Positions 38,709 through 51,090 are shown, numbered from the whole stretch's first letter. The stretch: 63,184 nucleotides of DNA, filler included, from Rhabdomonas costata (GCA_019059605.1; 41 parts of 41 records of this genome joined end to end with filler, not necessarily neighbours in it), one strand, 5' to 3'. The notes: generated by a model not told the origin, from the sequence alone. Program-made: numbers and translations.

Positions 38709-38909
38709 GGCACTCCTTCAGCAGTGTACCTTTCATTGCTCATGTTGACACGTTATGATGTCCTGGAGCTCTGCAGTGACGAAGCAAAGCTCTCTCAGGG
38801 GGTTAGGAAGCGATGCACGTGCCCCCTAGATCAGGATATTTCGTCTCGCATGGGGTTAGGAGGCGATGCACGTGCCCCCTAAAAAAAGGTACACTGCTGA
38901 AGGTATGCC
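38709..38909. mobile_element. 201-bp non-autonomous DNA transposon (MITE), GG termini, 8-bp TSD, Merlin-like
   Basis: TIRs 38709-38733 and 38885-38909 (23/25 complementary); GAATTTTT directly on both flanks (38701-38708, 38910-38917); internal ~30-bp direct repeat. Confidence 0.75.
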
Positions 38910-39282
38910 GAATTTTTTGGTCTGGCTAGATTGTATTTTGCTATTTTGCTCTTCACTGCTTTCTAGCACTTAAAGCGGCGACTTTGGATTTTGTTTATGA
39001 TGGGCCTAACTGGGCTAACGAACGTACGACGTCCATGTCGGAACTTGTTTGGTCTTCATACGAGCTTCCAGAAAGTCCCCAACATCACCGTGTTTCGAAT
39101 CACTTTTTCTGGTGCCGGGATTAGCGAAGGCATTACATTATGTAAGTAGGAGAACCTCCTCCTCGCCTTTTGCATGTTCACATCGTACCGCTTGCACTCA
39201 TCCGAAAAGAATGGAATTTGTTCCTCCATGAACGTCCATATTTTACCTTAATGTCTCTTCATGTTTCTACCATTTTCTGCAG

Positions 39283-39652
39283 ATGTGAAATTGGGTTATC
39301 GAGAACGGTGGTGGATGGTGGATTCCGGCTGGCATCGACTGAGATGGCTTTCTCTGCAGGAGAAGGGGTTCTGGACAAGACAGCCCAAGACTTGTGCGGA
39401 TGGATCCGAGGTCGCAATAAGCCGGGGACTGACGGGGACCCCTACCACCCGGGCAACAGCGCGGGAATCGATCTTAATCCCCTGGAAATGGTCTTCTTCA
39501 AGACCAACCGCAGGGTAAATCCAGCTGTGCTCAGCCGCTATACTCATTACGTTCTGATGAACAAGGACTTTGTTGTCCCTGGCTCTATTCTTTGCAACCG
39601 GTCAGGCGGTCCCATGAGACCGCAGCCCAGCACCAGCCGCGTTGGCTTCTAA
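39283..39652 (+). CDS. Uncharacterised protein, last exon (EIGxS...GDP...NPLEMVFFKTNR motif)
   Basis: ctgcag| acceptor, coding-like composition, open frame to TAA. Confidence 0.55.
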
Positions 39653-40437
39653 TTGGAGGGAACCGGTAATGGGAATTCTATTGGCAAGTTGGCAACTGTT
39701 GCTATCAGCCTGCGATGCGCATGGTGGGCTCCATCCCGTCGATCCACTGTTCCTGCGTTTCAATGCGAACTTGTGACTTTGCACCTTAGTATGTTAATGG
39801 TGTTCTGTGCTTTTCTTTCCCGATCTCAGTTAGGTTAACCCCCGGGGTGCCTCGCTGTTCCTTCCTTGACCCCTGCAAGATGCACAGCACTTCGGGCAAC
39901 ACCGGCTCAGGTCTTGCTATGCATGAAGAATGCTGGTTCGAAGAGTCTCTGAGGACGTACCTCCTAATTGTTGTTCTTGCTGTTTGGGCGATATCAAGAG
40001 CCTTTCTAATGTGCGCCGTTGATTTCACCCAACCACNNNNNNNNNNNNNNNNNNNNNNNNNNNNNNNNNNNNNNNNNNNNTTAATTAATTAANNNNNNNN
40101 NNNNNNNNNNNNNNNNNNNNNNNNNNNNNNNNNNNNGACCGAAGATACTCCGCGGGATGATGCTCCAAATTGTAATAAGGAAACTAATGTTTATCGGTGT
40201 TTTTTTACGCGCACCTGAATGAGTCCCACAGAGCACATGGCCGGGCTTATAGGGTGATACGTGCGTTTTTGGTTAATGGGTCATGCTTGAAAGACTTTCA
40301 AGGGAAGAGGGCAGAGGGCTGTTTTAAAAGCGTGCACGTCCGTCAATCTCGTAACTACCCAGCACCTGCTCGGCGGCAAAGGACGTTCGTGTCTACGTGC
40401 GGTTAGAAAAATATACGCGATATTCTCACATCCGCAC

Positions 40438-41410
40438 TTCCACGGAAACCTGTTGACGTACACCACGTAGATGTCCGCCGAGGCCAGCCACTTCCGCTGC
40501 CCTGGGTTGCGGCCATACAGCTGCGGCGTGGGGTCATAGTGCAGCACGCACCGCACCCCTTCACACGGGAACCTCCCGGGGTGCAGCCAGGCAGGGTTAA
40601 TCTCTGGGAATTGAGAGATCAGCACAGAGATCATGGGAAGCTGAGGCTGCGGCTTGCGAGATGTGCCCTGGGAAGTCCGAGTTATGTTGATGAGACGGCG
40701 GGAGGGAGGCGTGGGTAAGGGCTGGCGAACGCTCGAGAGCTCAAGAGACATCGGAGACGGATGAGCCGCCCCGAGATAAGCCAGTGCCCAAACGGGAAGG
40801 TCATCAAATAGGAGAACACGGTGTACGACAAACTTTAGCGTTTGGGCATCTCTCCTATTGCGATGGCAAGAGAAATGGATCCAGACACGCGTAATTATCG
40901 GCCGTCAGTGGAAGAACCGGGGGTTGTGGTGGAGGTTCACTTGATCCGGATCACACACAGACGTGCGCATCTTTTGAAATATTCAAAGTGCCATCCAACA
41001 ATAGGTAATTGCACATTCTGGTCGCGGAGGAAGTTCGGGGCGGGGGGCTCTGTTCAACGTACAACGGCGTTACCTGCTTTGAAAATGATTGTTTTGGGCT
41101 CGCAAGGGGTTGGCGAGCGATGCAAAGACCCAACGATGAGCTTAATGGTCTTCTACGTAAAACGGGGTTATTCGCATAACGGAGACAACTCAACCCGTAC
41201 TTCACCAGGTTGGACATTTCCAATTGAACACCACTCTTGGCTATCCCGGAGGATGGGATGAAGCGGTGGTGGTGGCAGGAGTTGAGGCTGAGCAGGGCGG
41301 AGCTCTGCCCCAGTCTCAGGCGACCACCGAGGTAGCCATGCCGCAAGATACACTAGCACAGCAAGTACCAAGGCCACGCATCCCGCAGCGGTCTTCCACC
41401 GTGCCAGCAT
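40438..41410 (-). CDS. Type II membrane protein (signal anchor plus Pro-rich stem), possibly a glycosyltransferase; partial
   Basis: Exon 41410-41206 MLARWKTAAGCVALVLAVLVYLAAWLP..PQLLPPPPL; downstream exon ~40603-40438 FPCEGVRCVLHYD..LASADIYVVY. Family call is weak. Confidence 0.4.
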
Positions 41411-44400
41411 GGGGACCACGTGCGAGCACACCGGCAGCTTTGGCGCATTGGCTTAGCCCATGGCACCCTCACCATCGGCGCCATTACGGCATGACAGAAC
41501 GTCATGGGTCATTGTGCAAACGCGACAATTGGTAAACCGATCCAGAAATGATTAAATGTTTTAGGAAGGCTGCAAAACACNNNNNNNNNNNNNNNNNNNN
41601 NNNNNNNNNNNNNNNNNNNNNNNNTTAATTAATTAANNNNNNNNNNNNNNNNNNNNNNNNNNNNNNNNNNNNNNNNNNNNGTGTGTGTGTTGTCATCCAA
41701 CTGCATCACCTGCGAGAATATGGGCAGGATCCGGTTATGCGCGGGTGAGAAGGGGCGGATTTGCTGCCTTGCTGCCTTGCTGCCTGTCTCACTTAGAGTA
41801 AAGGAGAAAGCGGTTGACCTTGCGGCTCCTATGCAAATTCAAGCCCCACTACGGTTAACGGTGGTTTTCGTTTTCGTCAGTGAGTCTCCATGTCATCTCT
41901 ATAAGGTGAGGTGCCAACAGCTGATCGCACCGCAATGCGCTTCGCAATTTCCGACGCAAGCATGTTGTCCGCCAGCTGCTTGGAGTGCGCCAGGTGCAGC
42001 CGGCGGGTTTCGGAGTAAAGCGTCCTCCGCACGTACACCACCATTGCGGAATTCAGTATAAGCATCCCGCAAAGGGCAACCCTGAAATCGAAAATTTTAC
42101 AGACATTCCCCTTCGCTTTCCTAATGAGCCAAACTCCAACCCAATGCACATGATTTCATTTAAGTGTGAACTTCACTGGACATGTGACTCGTCCGAATCG
42201 AAGCGAGGCCAGAGGAGTGAAAGCCACAGGATACGCCACAGAGTTTAAAATCACATAATGCACCGCTCAGAGGCACCAATGATTCTCGACATTTCCACTA
42301 TCCTTTCCAGGAGCAACTCATTGCAGCACTGAAATTTCTTGCGTCAAGTGTGGGCTTCACTGGTGAAGTGGACTTCTTCGGAATCGGAGTGAGTCCGGAT
42401 AAAGGGGGCACTCCAAAACAAAATCACCCCCCCCCATAAAATCAAAGCACGATGTTGTGCACACCCAGCGACTATGCGGCCCATCGGAGTGGCCTGCCAG
42501 AAGGACAGCCTGAGAAAGTGGACACGACACGTTGAAACCGACCCCTAGCAAGAGCAATTTAGTCTTCAGACTTCAAAAAAGGCGAAAAGAAGAAACATTT
42601 ACCTTTCACACCGCCATTGCGTTGTCCCTATGTTGCATGTTCACAAAGGATGAGTAATTTCACCGTATACTCACACCTGCTATCTCTCTCTACCACCCGT
42701 GAGGCCGCAACCAAGCAACAACCTCCCGACGAAGGGTTATAATGGCAAAGAGGAGAGGAGAGAGGAGAATCCACGATCGTGCAGAAAGGGAAGGTGACTT
42801 TGGATGAGTGTGGCGAACAACGAATTTCCGTCTCTGTAGGGAATACGGGCACGCATGCACATGAGTGAGGGAGCCCACCACCACTGCACACCAGCAAAAC
42901 AGCGCCACGACGGGGATCATGAAGAGAACCATTCCGGCCTCTGCGAAACACAAAAATGCCGCGGCTATAATGCTATTTCGCTCCACGCCGCACGCCTTTC
43001 TTTTTGTTCACTGCAAGAAATGAAGACATCACCGAGGTTTGCCGCAGCCCACTCGAGACTGAGGATTCTCTGACTCGTTGAAGTTGAAGTAGCACTAGTG
43101 CGAATTTTGGGTGAACAAACACAANNNNNNNNNNNNNNNNNNNNNNNNNNNNNNNNNNNNNNNNNNNNTTAATTAATTAANNNNNNNNNNNNNNNNNNNN
43201 NNNNNNNNNNNNNNNNNNNNNNNNGGAGCATCATTATTAACAGGACAAATGGGGACAAAGATTGAAAGGGGAGAGAAGGAGCGCCAGTGGGGGCCACATG
43301 ACGATGTGGGATGCGGGAACAGAGCTGAAGAGGCTGGTAAGCATAAGTCGGTCCTGAAGATATGAATCCAGCAAGGAGGTAAAAATGCACCCCAGCAGCG
43401 CTGAAAAAGGCCACCCGGGGGTAGTTGGTGCGATGCTGGCAACTATTTTGAAACGTAACAGCGAGTAACACCCAAGGTTCTCAAACTTTTCAAAGAAGGA
43501 TGAGCAACGACACCAAGCAACAAGCTGGAGAGAGGGATGACGGAAACTGGAGGGAAAGGAGAGAAAGGCACCCCCAAAGACAGAATTGATTGGTTGATTT
43601 GGTTGCATCAGCTCATCGTTCAACAAGTTGACGATATTGGAAAAAAAACACTCGCTGCAACCTGAAGTGCCAGACTCTCAGCCACGTCTCTGACCTGAGA
43701 ATCTTCTTTCCCCCATTTCCCACGACCATAATTGATCTCTCGTGTGAAAAGAACACAAGCAGTCTGAAAAGAGCACAAATCGGCCGAAACTGCATTACAT
43801 TCCTCTGAAGTTTGCTGAAGTGATGCCGAGCAATGCCCAGCAACACGAGACACGCCAAGACATGGCCCGGCTTCGCCGAGGCGCACGCGACCGCAAGCGC
43901 GCAACAAGGTCCCCACGCCACAGCTGTGGGAGGCTGCACTCCCGAGCCGTCAAAGTTCCTTGTCGTCGCCTTCAACCACGATCTCGACCTCAGATTTTCT
44001 CGCTGAGAAGTGAGCAAGGGTGCTTTCAATTGAGGCACAGAGCGAATCCTCAGCACCTTGCCTAAAACCGGGGATCTGCGCACTGAGCGGGACTTGAAAA
44101 ATCGCTTATCCAAAAAAGTTGCTACTAAATACGAAATGTCACCAACATCAAAGTCTGCACAATGTGCTTAAATCTTGTGCAGGAAAAACGAATCCAGCGC
44201 ATGAACATGCGGAGTGTCTGCAATGGTGACACACCTCTCAAGGTGACGGTTCGCGAATGAGCAGTTGTCACATGTCCCAGGATCGAGGAAACCTTTGCGG
44301 ACACGTACTCCTGAAAGGTGTCGTCGACTTGCCTGTCGCAAAATCGCAAACAAAATCACCGCAGTACCATGAGAATATCAGTGTCTCGAGCTTGGTGGAC

Positions 44401-45462
44401 GAGACATAATCAGAGTATGCTTTATATCTGAGTATGTAAGTATGGAACATGAACAGGAGCGCAGCAGATGCTACGCTCGTATTCCTCGCTCCAGTCGACA
44501 TTCATCTCTCACTGCGTTCGTCACTGCGTCACGAAGCGACCAAGAGAGGAGGAACGAACAGGAGGAGCGAAGCGACGAGTGTGAGTGACGACGAACCAAC
44601 CGTGTGAACATGAGGAACAAGAGGAGCGTAGCGACGACTGTGACGAATGTGAGCCCTTAACAAAACACNNNNNNNNNNNNNNNNNNNNNNNNNNNNNNNN
44701 NNNNNNNNNNNNTTAATTAATTAANNNNNNNNNNNNNNNNNNNNNNNNNNNNNNNNNNNNNNNNNNNNTGCTCTTTTTGGCGTTGCCCTTACCCAGGATA
44801 CCAACAAATTTTTATACAGGGGTTGGGTGGTAACGTAAATTACACGGAGAAGCAAAGTGGCTCCCCAGCACCTTTCCCAGGGTTCGTTATTTATTTGCTT
44901 ATTTAAATTTTTTGGATTTGCTCGGTGGAATCTTTCATCCTGTTGGCTTTCCCCACCGTTTTATCGTCACGTCTCGGGTAAATTTATGAAGAGTATTTTG
45001 CACAATGCTGCACTTTTCAATGCAATTGTACTAAAATGCTTCTATGATCGACTCTATCCGCAAATTTGAGGCGGCGAGGCGGGGCAAGCACAGCTTTAGT
45101 GAGCAAGCACATCAGTTTCAGCGTCTCCCACGTTGCAAAGTCGGGACGGTGCACGACGCAAGTCTCAGTAACTAAGCAGTTGCGTTGTTTTTAGGCAACC
45201 AAACACAGGTTCCAAGTCCAATTGTTCAACAACCACAGGCACAGCTTGTCGCGGAGTAACAAACCAGCGTCAGTTACAAGTTTGGATACACCGCGCACGT
45301 TGGAATCTGCCTGCATGTTTGGCGAAGTGGTTGTTTCACCTTGGTTTGCGTTCTCTGTGCATATCCTTGGTTTTCCATCAGTGCAGTCATTTTACTGTTT
45401 CGGTCATTGTGCCTTGCGTCTTGCATGTCAACTTTGTGTTGTTTCAAACTTACTTGACAGTC

Positions 45463-45535
45463 ATGGAAAGCCATGGGTACACCCCTGTGAAGGTCCTGGG
45501 CCGCGGAAGTCAAGGGAAGGCTTATCTCGTGCACG
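45463..45535 (+). CDS. Protein kinase (NEK-like), first coding exon
   Basis: MESHGYTPVKVLGRGSQGKAYLVH: GxGxxG loop immediately after the start, followed by a gtgtgc donor. Confidence 0.7.
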
Positions 45536-45919
45536 GTGTGCTTTTTTCGGATCTGCTTTCGGTTAAGTTTGTTAATTGGGTCCCCCTTTTTATATTGATG
45601 CTATAAAACTGTCAAAAAAAAAGCTATAAAAATGCCAAAAATGCGAAAAAATTCTATTGCGGTGCTATAAAATTTTTTTAGCGGTGTTATATAATTTTTA
45701 AATTTTTATAGCGGATACAGAAAAGAGGGCTAAGCCGAAGCAGGCCTGGGGTCTTTTGTATATACAGCAGGCCTCCCGAAACGCTGCGTGGCCGGTCCTT
45801 GGGGTCAGGAGAGTCCCGACCTTTCACCCTCGGCCGGTGACGGTACCCTTGGCGGCTCTTTCGTAACCCTTTTGCGCCGCTTCTTGCCCCACGCAGCGGA
45901 GGGTTTACGACAGCACCCA

Positions 45920-46018
45920 CAACGTACTTTACAAGGAACCACCCACGCCGAAAGGGGCTCGGCAACTGGCACGTGGCCGCCTGCAGCCCACAAAAATCAC
46001 CGCGTCGCTGCATCACTG
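45920..46018. repeat. Dispersed repeat family 2, copy 1
   Basis: About 100-bp match to 60723-60819, including 34 identical nt TTACAAGGAACCACCCACGCCGAAAGGGGCTCGG. Confidence 0.9.
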
Positions 46019-48413
46019 GCACTGGCATACAGAATTTTTAGACATATTCGGCGATGCTGTGAACTGTTGGGTCGACTTGAGTTTTGTTAGTCCGGGATGT
46101 TCGGGATGCTCCGCTGCGCTCCGCGGCCCAAGTTGCAGGTGCCAGTCTGTCTCCGAAAAGGGTCGCAGCGATGCACGTGTTCTGACAGCACATTTTTGTG
46201 CAATTTTGAATTNNNNNNNNNNNNNNNNNNNNNNNNNNNNNNNNNNNNNNNNNNNNTTAATTAATTAANNNNNNNNNNNNNNNNNNNNNNNNNNNNNNNN
46301 NNNNNNNNNNNNTTTTTGTGGGTGGATCACTTTGCTTTGCAGCTCGCGATGGAGGACCTGAGGCGGCGGAGTGGTCAAGGGAGCCGCCGAAGCGGGGCTG
46401 CGCTTCGGGTGGGGACCTTCAGCCGCTCGTCGTGCGTCGTGCGAGCGCTATGTGGGGTGCAGCCTGGCACACTGCACGTCACTGTGGGTCGCAGCGAGCC
46501 TGGCGGGGAGGGCGTGCTCACGGCGCAGCAGTGCCGTGAGTATGGCCACGAAGGTCCCTGTCATCTCACTCCTCCACCTCTCCGCAAATGGCGTGCAGAA
46601 GGGAAGTTGGAGTCCACAAGTTCACTGTGTGAAGAAGGTTCTCGCATGGAAGATGCCGACTAAGAGGATTTTATGGATAAGATTGGTCGCATTGATCGCA
46701 TTCTCGACTTTCTGAGCAGAGTTCAGCGGGAACGACTGGAACACAGAAACACACCGTCGCCACACCAGCTCGAGAATTAGCTGTGAATTTCACACAGAAC
46801 GGCAGCACATGGCACACCGCGCCCTGGAGCCTTGTTTGAGGTGGGTTGTGATTGTCTCGGGTGCTGTCTAAAAGATTCTGATTAAAAGATAGCACCCATG
46901 ATCGGCGATTTTTTGTCTGCGTTGCCTCCCAATTATTCTTTGTGAATGTGGGATGGAGTCACGAATGACGATGAATGAATGGTTTTGAATTTATTCAGTC
47001 GTCCAGCCAGTCAATCAGTAAATCAATGAATGAGATGAGATGAGTGAGTGAGTGAATGTGTGTGTGTGGCCAGTTTCCCTGTTGAGTGATGCGGAGCTCT
47101 GCGCTGCTGTGCGGGGTGGGGCGGTGGACGTTGTTGTTGTGGGCGCCGATGCGCTGCTCAGGGGAATGTACTTTTCGACCTAAGGAAGGCTCATCCTGCC
47201 TCGAGCCACTGTTTTGCCGTGCAAGTGTCCAGAGAACAGCACTTTTTGCAACGCGATCACGATACAGTATTATGATATCAAAGAAGACAGGCACACAGAG
47301 CAGATGGGGGATGCAAGCACACCTCCGCCGTTCCCACCTTGTTGACGAACGAGCCGTCACCTTCTCAGACACTCAGTTTCGCGAAATCAAAGGTTCATAA
47401 TTTGATTCTGTATGCTAAGGTTCCTTTTTGTTATCGTCACTATGTTTCCTGCCCTGGAACATAGTATTGGAAAGCCCAAACTTGAACTCGCATCCTTATA
47501 AAGTACGCTACACAACACATGGCTGAGTTTAAACCCTATCTTTACGTACCATTCTCGACTAACAGCTGGTTACAGAATTCACAATTCGCTTCAAAAGATC
47601 AACACACGCACGGAATCAACGGGAAAAAATCGCGCCTTGGGCGCACTGATCTATTCGAAGCATCTCATATCTAACTGCTTTTTTGGGTCCATCACCAAGA
47701 AAACGTTCCGGTTCATCATTAAAATGTCCCCACAAACCCAAACTCACCCATCACANNNNNNNNNNNNNNNNNNNNNNNNNNNNNNNNNNNNNNNNNNNNT
47801 TAATTAATTAANNNNNNNNNNNNNNNNNNNNNNNNNNNNNNNNNNNNNNNNNNNNGGTGGGGGTGGGGAGGGTGCTGTTGGCAGGAAGAATGGGTCGTTG
47901 CCCTTTTTTCCACTATGATGGAGCGATAGACTGCCCCGCACATGGAGTCCACGTATTTGAATCCCGATTTTGCAGTGAACAAGCTCTAGCGAAAAGGTTG
48001 TTACATGATAAATTATCCAGGTGGAGGCCACAGCGCCTTCCTTTCTCATTCGGGCACGGCGCAGTATTGCCGTCCCGTGCTGGGGGTGTTGAAGTTAAGC
48101 ACATCTGACGCCCTCGCAGCAGAGGACAAAGGGAGGGTGAGCCTTGCAAACGGACAAGGGCATTTAAAGAACCTATACGTTCCGAAAGTGTAAAGAAGGT
48201 GAAACTGCGGATTCTCTACAGGTCCTTCAACCCATCTAAGTCCTTCCTGAAACCTCCAATGCATAGTCATTCGCAGCGACACAATTTTAAGCCCTGATTC
48301 GACCTTTTTTGCTTCAAACCAACCGACTCAATATGCATTGCGCAAAAGGACAAGAGCAAAAAATCGAAGCAACCATTTGACAACACCAAACACTGGCAGC
48401 GGCCATCGGTGAA

Positions 48414-49053
48414 CCTTTGGCACAGAACTTGGCATAGGTGAGGGGGTCCTTTCCATAGCACCTCTCGCACACACTGTAGTTGTCCTCGTGGTTGCCGAAC
48501 CCAGTTCCTGCTCTCTGGCACACATCACAAAAACTCGCCTTGCGCCTGCCCTCGTCATTCTCCGAGGCCAAACCTCTCACGGCGACCGCCCCTGTGTGAG
48601 CAACGTCCAGCAGGTTTTTGAAAAAATTCAGAAAGGCATCCCGCGGTAGTCGGAGAGAGCAAAAAGGAAGGTAGACCGAAAAACAGCCCAAAACAAGCAT
48701 TTTCTTATTCTGCCTTGCAATGCAGTGTTTCCAAAATTGGGCTTGAAATCCACCCAGCGCGACTTCGGCTTCGCACTTCCACCCACCTATACCAACACGC
48801 ACACCCTGCATGGAGAGCCTGCAAACTCGATAAGAATGGAGGGGCTCCAAGTCCGCCCACAGCGAAAAAAAAAAGAGACACAAACTCCTAGACGAATATA
48901 TACTCTTCACACTCGTCGGAAAAGTGGAACCCTGGTGCATGACAAAAGGCATCGACACGGAACAGCCACACCTCGTACACAGTGGAGCAGGGCCTCGCTG
49001 ACTATCGAAGGACCCAACTCCGCGGGATGCGCCCTGGCAATCACACCCACAAC
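48414..49053 (-). CDS. Hypothetical protein with a ZZ-like Cys motif (2 exons)
   Basis: Exons 49053-48972 and 48591-~48414, in phase; FCDVCQ...NYSVCERCY. Confidence 0.45.
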
Positions 49054-49480
49054 CTCCAAGTGGCCCAGTGGCAGCACGCAAACAGGGGGAAGTCGCCCCC
49101 CTCCACCTCTCCATCTTCGCAGCCCACCTTCGCCTTGTGCTCCACCAAAACCTCGGTCACAGTGGCCTGCCCAAGGACGCAGGCCCGATACAGCGGGGAA
49201 AGCCCATTCTAGCCCACACAATCCACTTCGGCTTTGTGTAGCAACAGCAGCTCCACCACATCGCTTTGGCACTGGACCGAGGCGGCATGAAGAGGAGANN
49301 NNNNNNNNNNNNNNNNNNNNNNNNNNNNNNNNNNNNNNNNNNTTAATTAATTAANNNNNNNNNNNNNNNNNNNNNNNNNNNNNNNNNNNNNNNNNNNNGG
49401 TTTTGGGTTCTCCTTTAAGAAGGAAATTGTAACTGTTGGAAACATTCTTGAGGCTGCTGAGAAGACTCCACAAAACATAC

Positions 49481-50213
49481 TCATCATCGGATCCGCTATC
49501 ATCGCGGTCTTTCCAGCAGCCTCAAGAATGTTTCCAACAGTTACAATTTCCTTCTTAAAGGAGAACCCAAATTGCTCACGAATCTGCTCCCGCATTAACT
49601 CTTGCAGCAAATAAATGAGCTTTGGGTACTCTGAGCGCATGAGGTCGGGGTTCATGATCTTGTACCTGCCAAAGCAAGTCAAGGGCATACTTTCGCCCAA
49701 AAAGTCAGCAAAAACGTTTGCAAACTTTCCCCGTCAACAGAAAAACTAACAAAACTAACCTTCTGGCAAACTCAAGCTGAGACTGGAAAAACGTAGCGTT
49801 ATCAGAGAAACCAATGCGCTGCTGCAGTGAACGCAGGCCCCGATTATGCTGGGCAGCCAACTGCAAACCCAGCATAATTCCTTGGGCGTACTTCATCTGG
49901 AGGTGGAGCTGATTGAACCGAGCAGAACAAGGCGACCAGTTGCGGGAGCAAATTCAATTTATCTAATAACGCGGGAAAAGAGAAAATAAATCGAAGAGAC
50001 ACCAACCCGCTTTTCTGGTCTCGACACAGTATCCAAGGAATCAACTTTGTCAGTGTAGTCAGAAATCGTCACCGCAGAAGCAATTAGTCGCTGTGACACG
50101 CGCTGCTGCATGGTCAGACGGACAGGAATGAACTTCGTGTTGTTCAGCATAGCATCACATGTTTCGTACTCAACAGGATCTCCTTCACCACCATACCCTC
50201 CGGAACTCCACAT
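49481..50213 (-). CDS. DUF2009-family conserved protein, 5' part (3 exons)
   Basis: Exons 50213-50007, 49908-49760, 49665-49481. KFIPVRLT..QR..RL..A..ISDYTDKVD, KRLHLQM..IMLGL, FFQ..LEFARRYKIMNPDLMRSEYPKLIYLLQ. Confidence 0.78.
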
Positions 50214-51090
50214 GGCTGAAAATGAAGAGTAAAACGAAGGGAAACAAAAAACCAACAAGGACAACAAGAACCGCACGTTTTTCGCGAGTGCAGACCAGAA
50301 TTATTTGAATGGAGGCTGAAACAGTGTAATTTGGGCCCAGTTCTTCAAAGGTTTTCTTTTCTGTTTTTTTTCAACCAGAGGAACCAGACAGAGTCAGAGG
50401 GCTCTGCCCACATCGAACATGTTGCCCATGTCTCCTCAGGCAATGTTCCCCTCCCCACCTCGCGCGGCGGACTGGCCTTCGCATCCTATATCTCCGCAAC
50501 AAAAATAAATGGCAAAGCTCGATTCGAAAAGGCCCTATCACACAGTACAAAATGGCTAATAGTTCGCTTTCTCTTAGCTCCGTCTACCCAAGTCTCCCAC
50601 GGCTCACAAGTACACGAGTTTTACCCCTGAGTTATTTTTTCTAGCATCCCCAACCAGCTTATGCACGTAGTACTTGAGGAAAAGCAAAGCATTTTGTCTT
50701 CATTTTTGGCCAGATCAGGCCAAAAGCCGCGTTTTTGCCTTGATTTTGGCTCCCTTTGCCCCCCAAAAAGACCAAATTGGACCCACCCTTTGCTGAACAA
50801 GCCCCCCTTTCCCTGTGGGCACCCAATCTCCCAAAAAAACNNNNNNNNNNNNNNNNNNNNNNNNNNNNNNNNNNNNNNNNNNNNTTAATTAATTAANNNN
50901 NNNNNNNNNNNNNNNNNNNNNNNNNNNNNNNNNNNNNNNNTGTGTGTGTTGAAAAGCTCTGCAAGACTTGCCGGGCTCTTCAGGGCACATCCAAAAATTT
51001 ACAATTGCAACATTGTACTATGGACACCCTCTCAAAAGGTGTTTCTGGTCTCTCCCTCCGGCGGAGGGTGCGGGGGGCCGGCGGTGTGAG

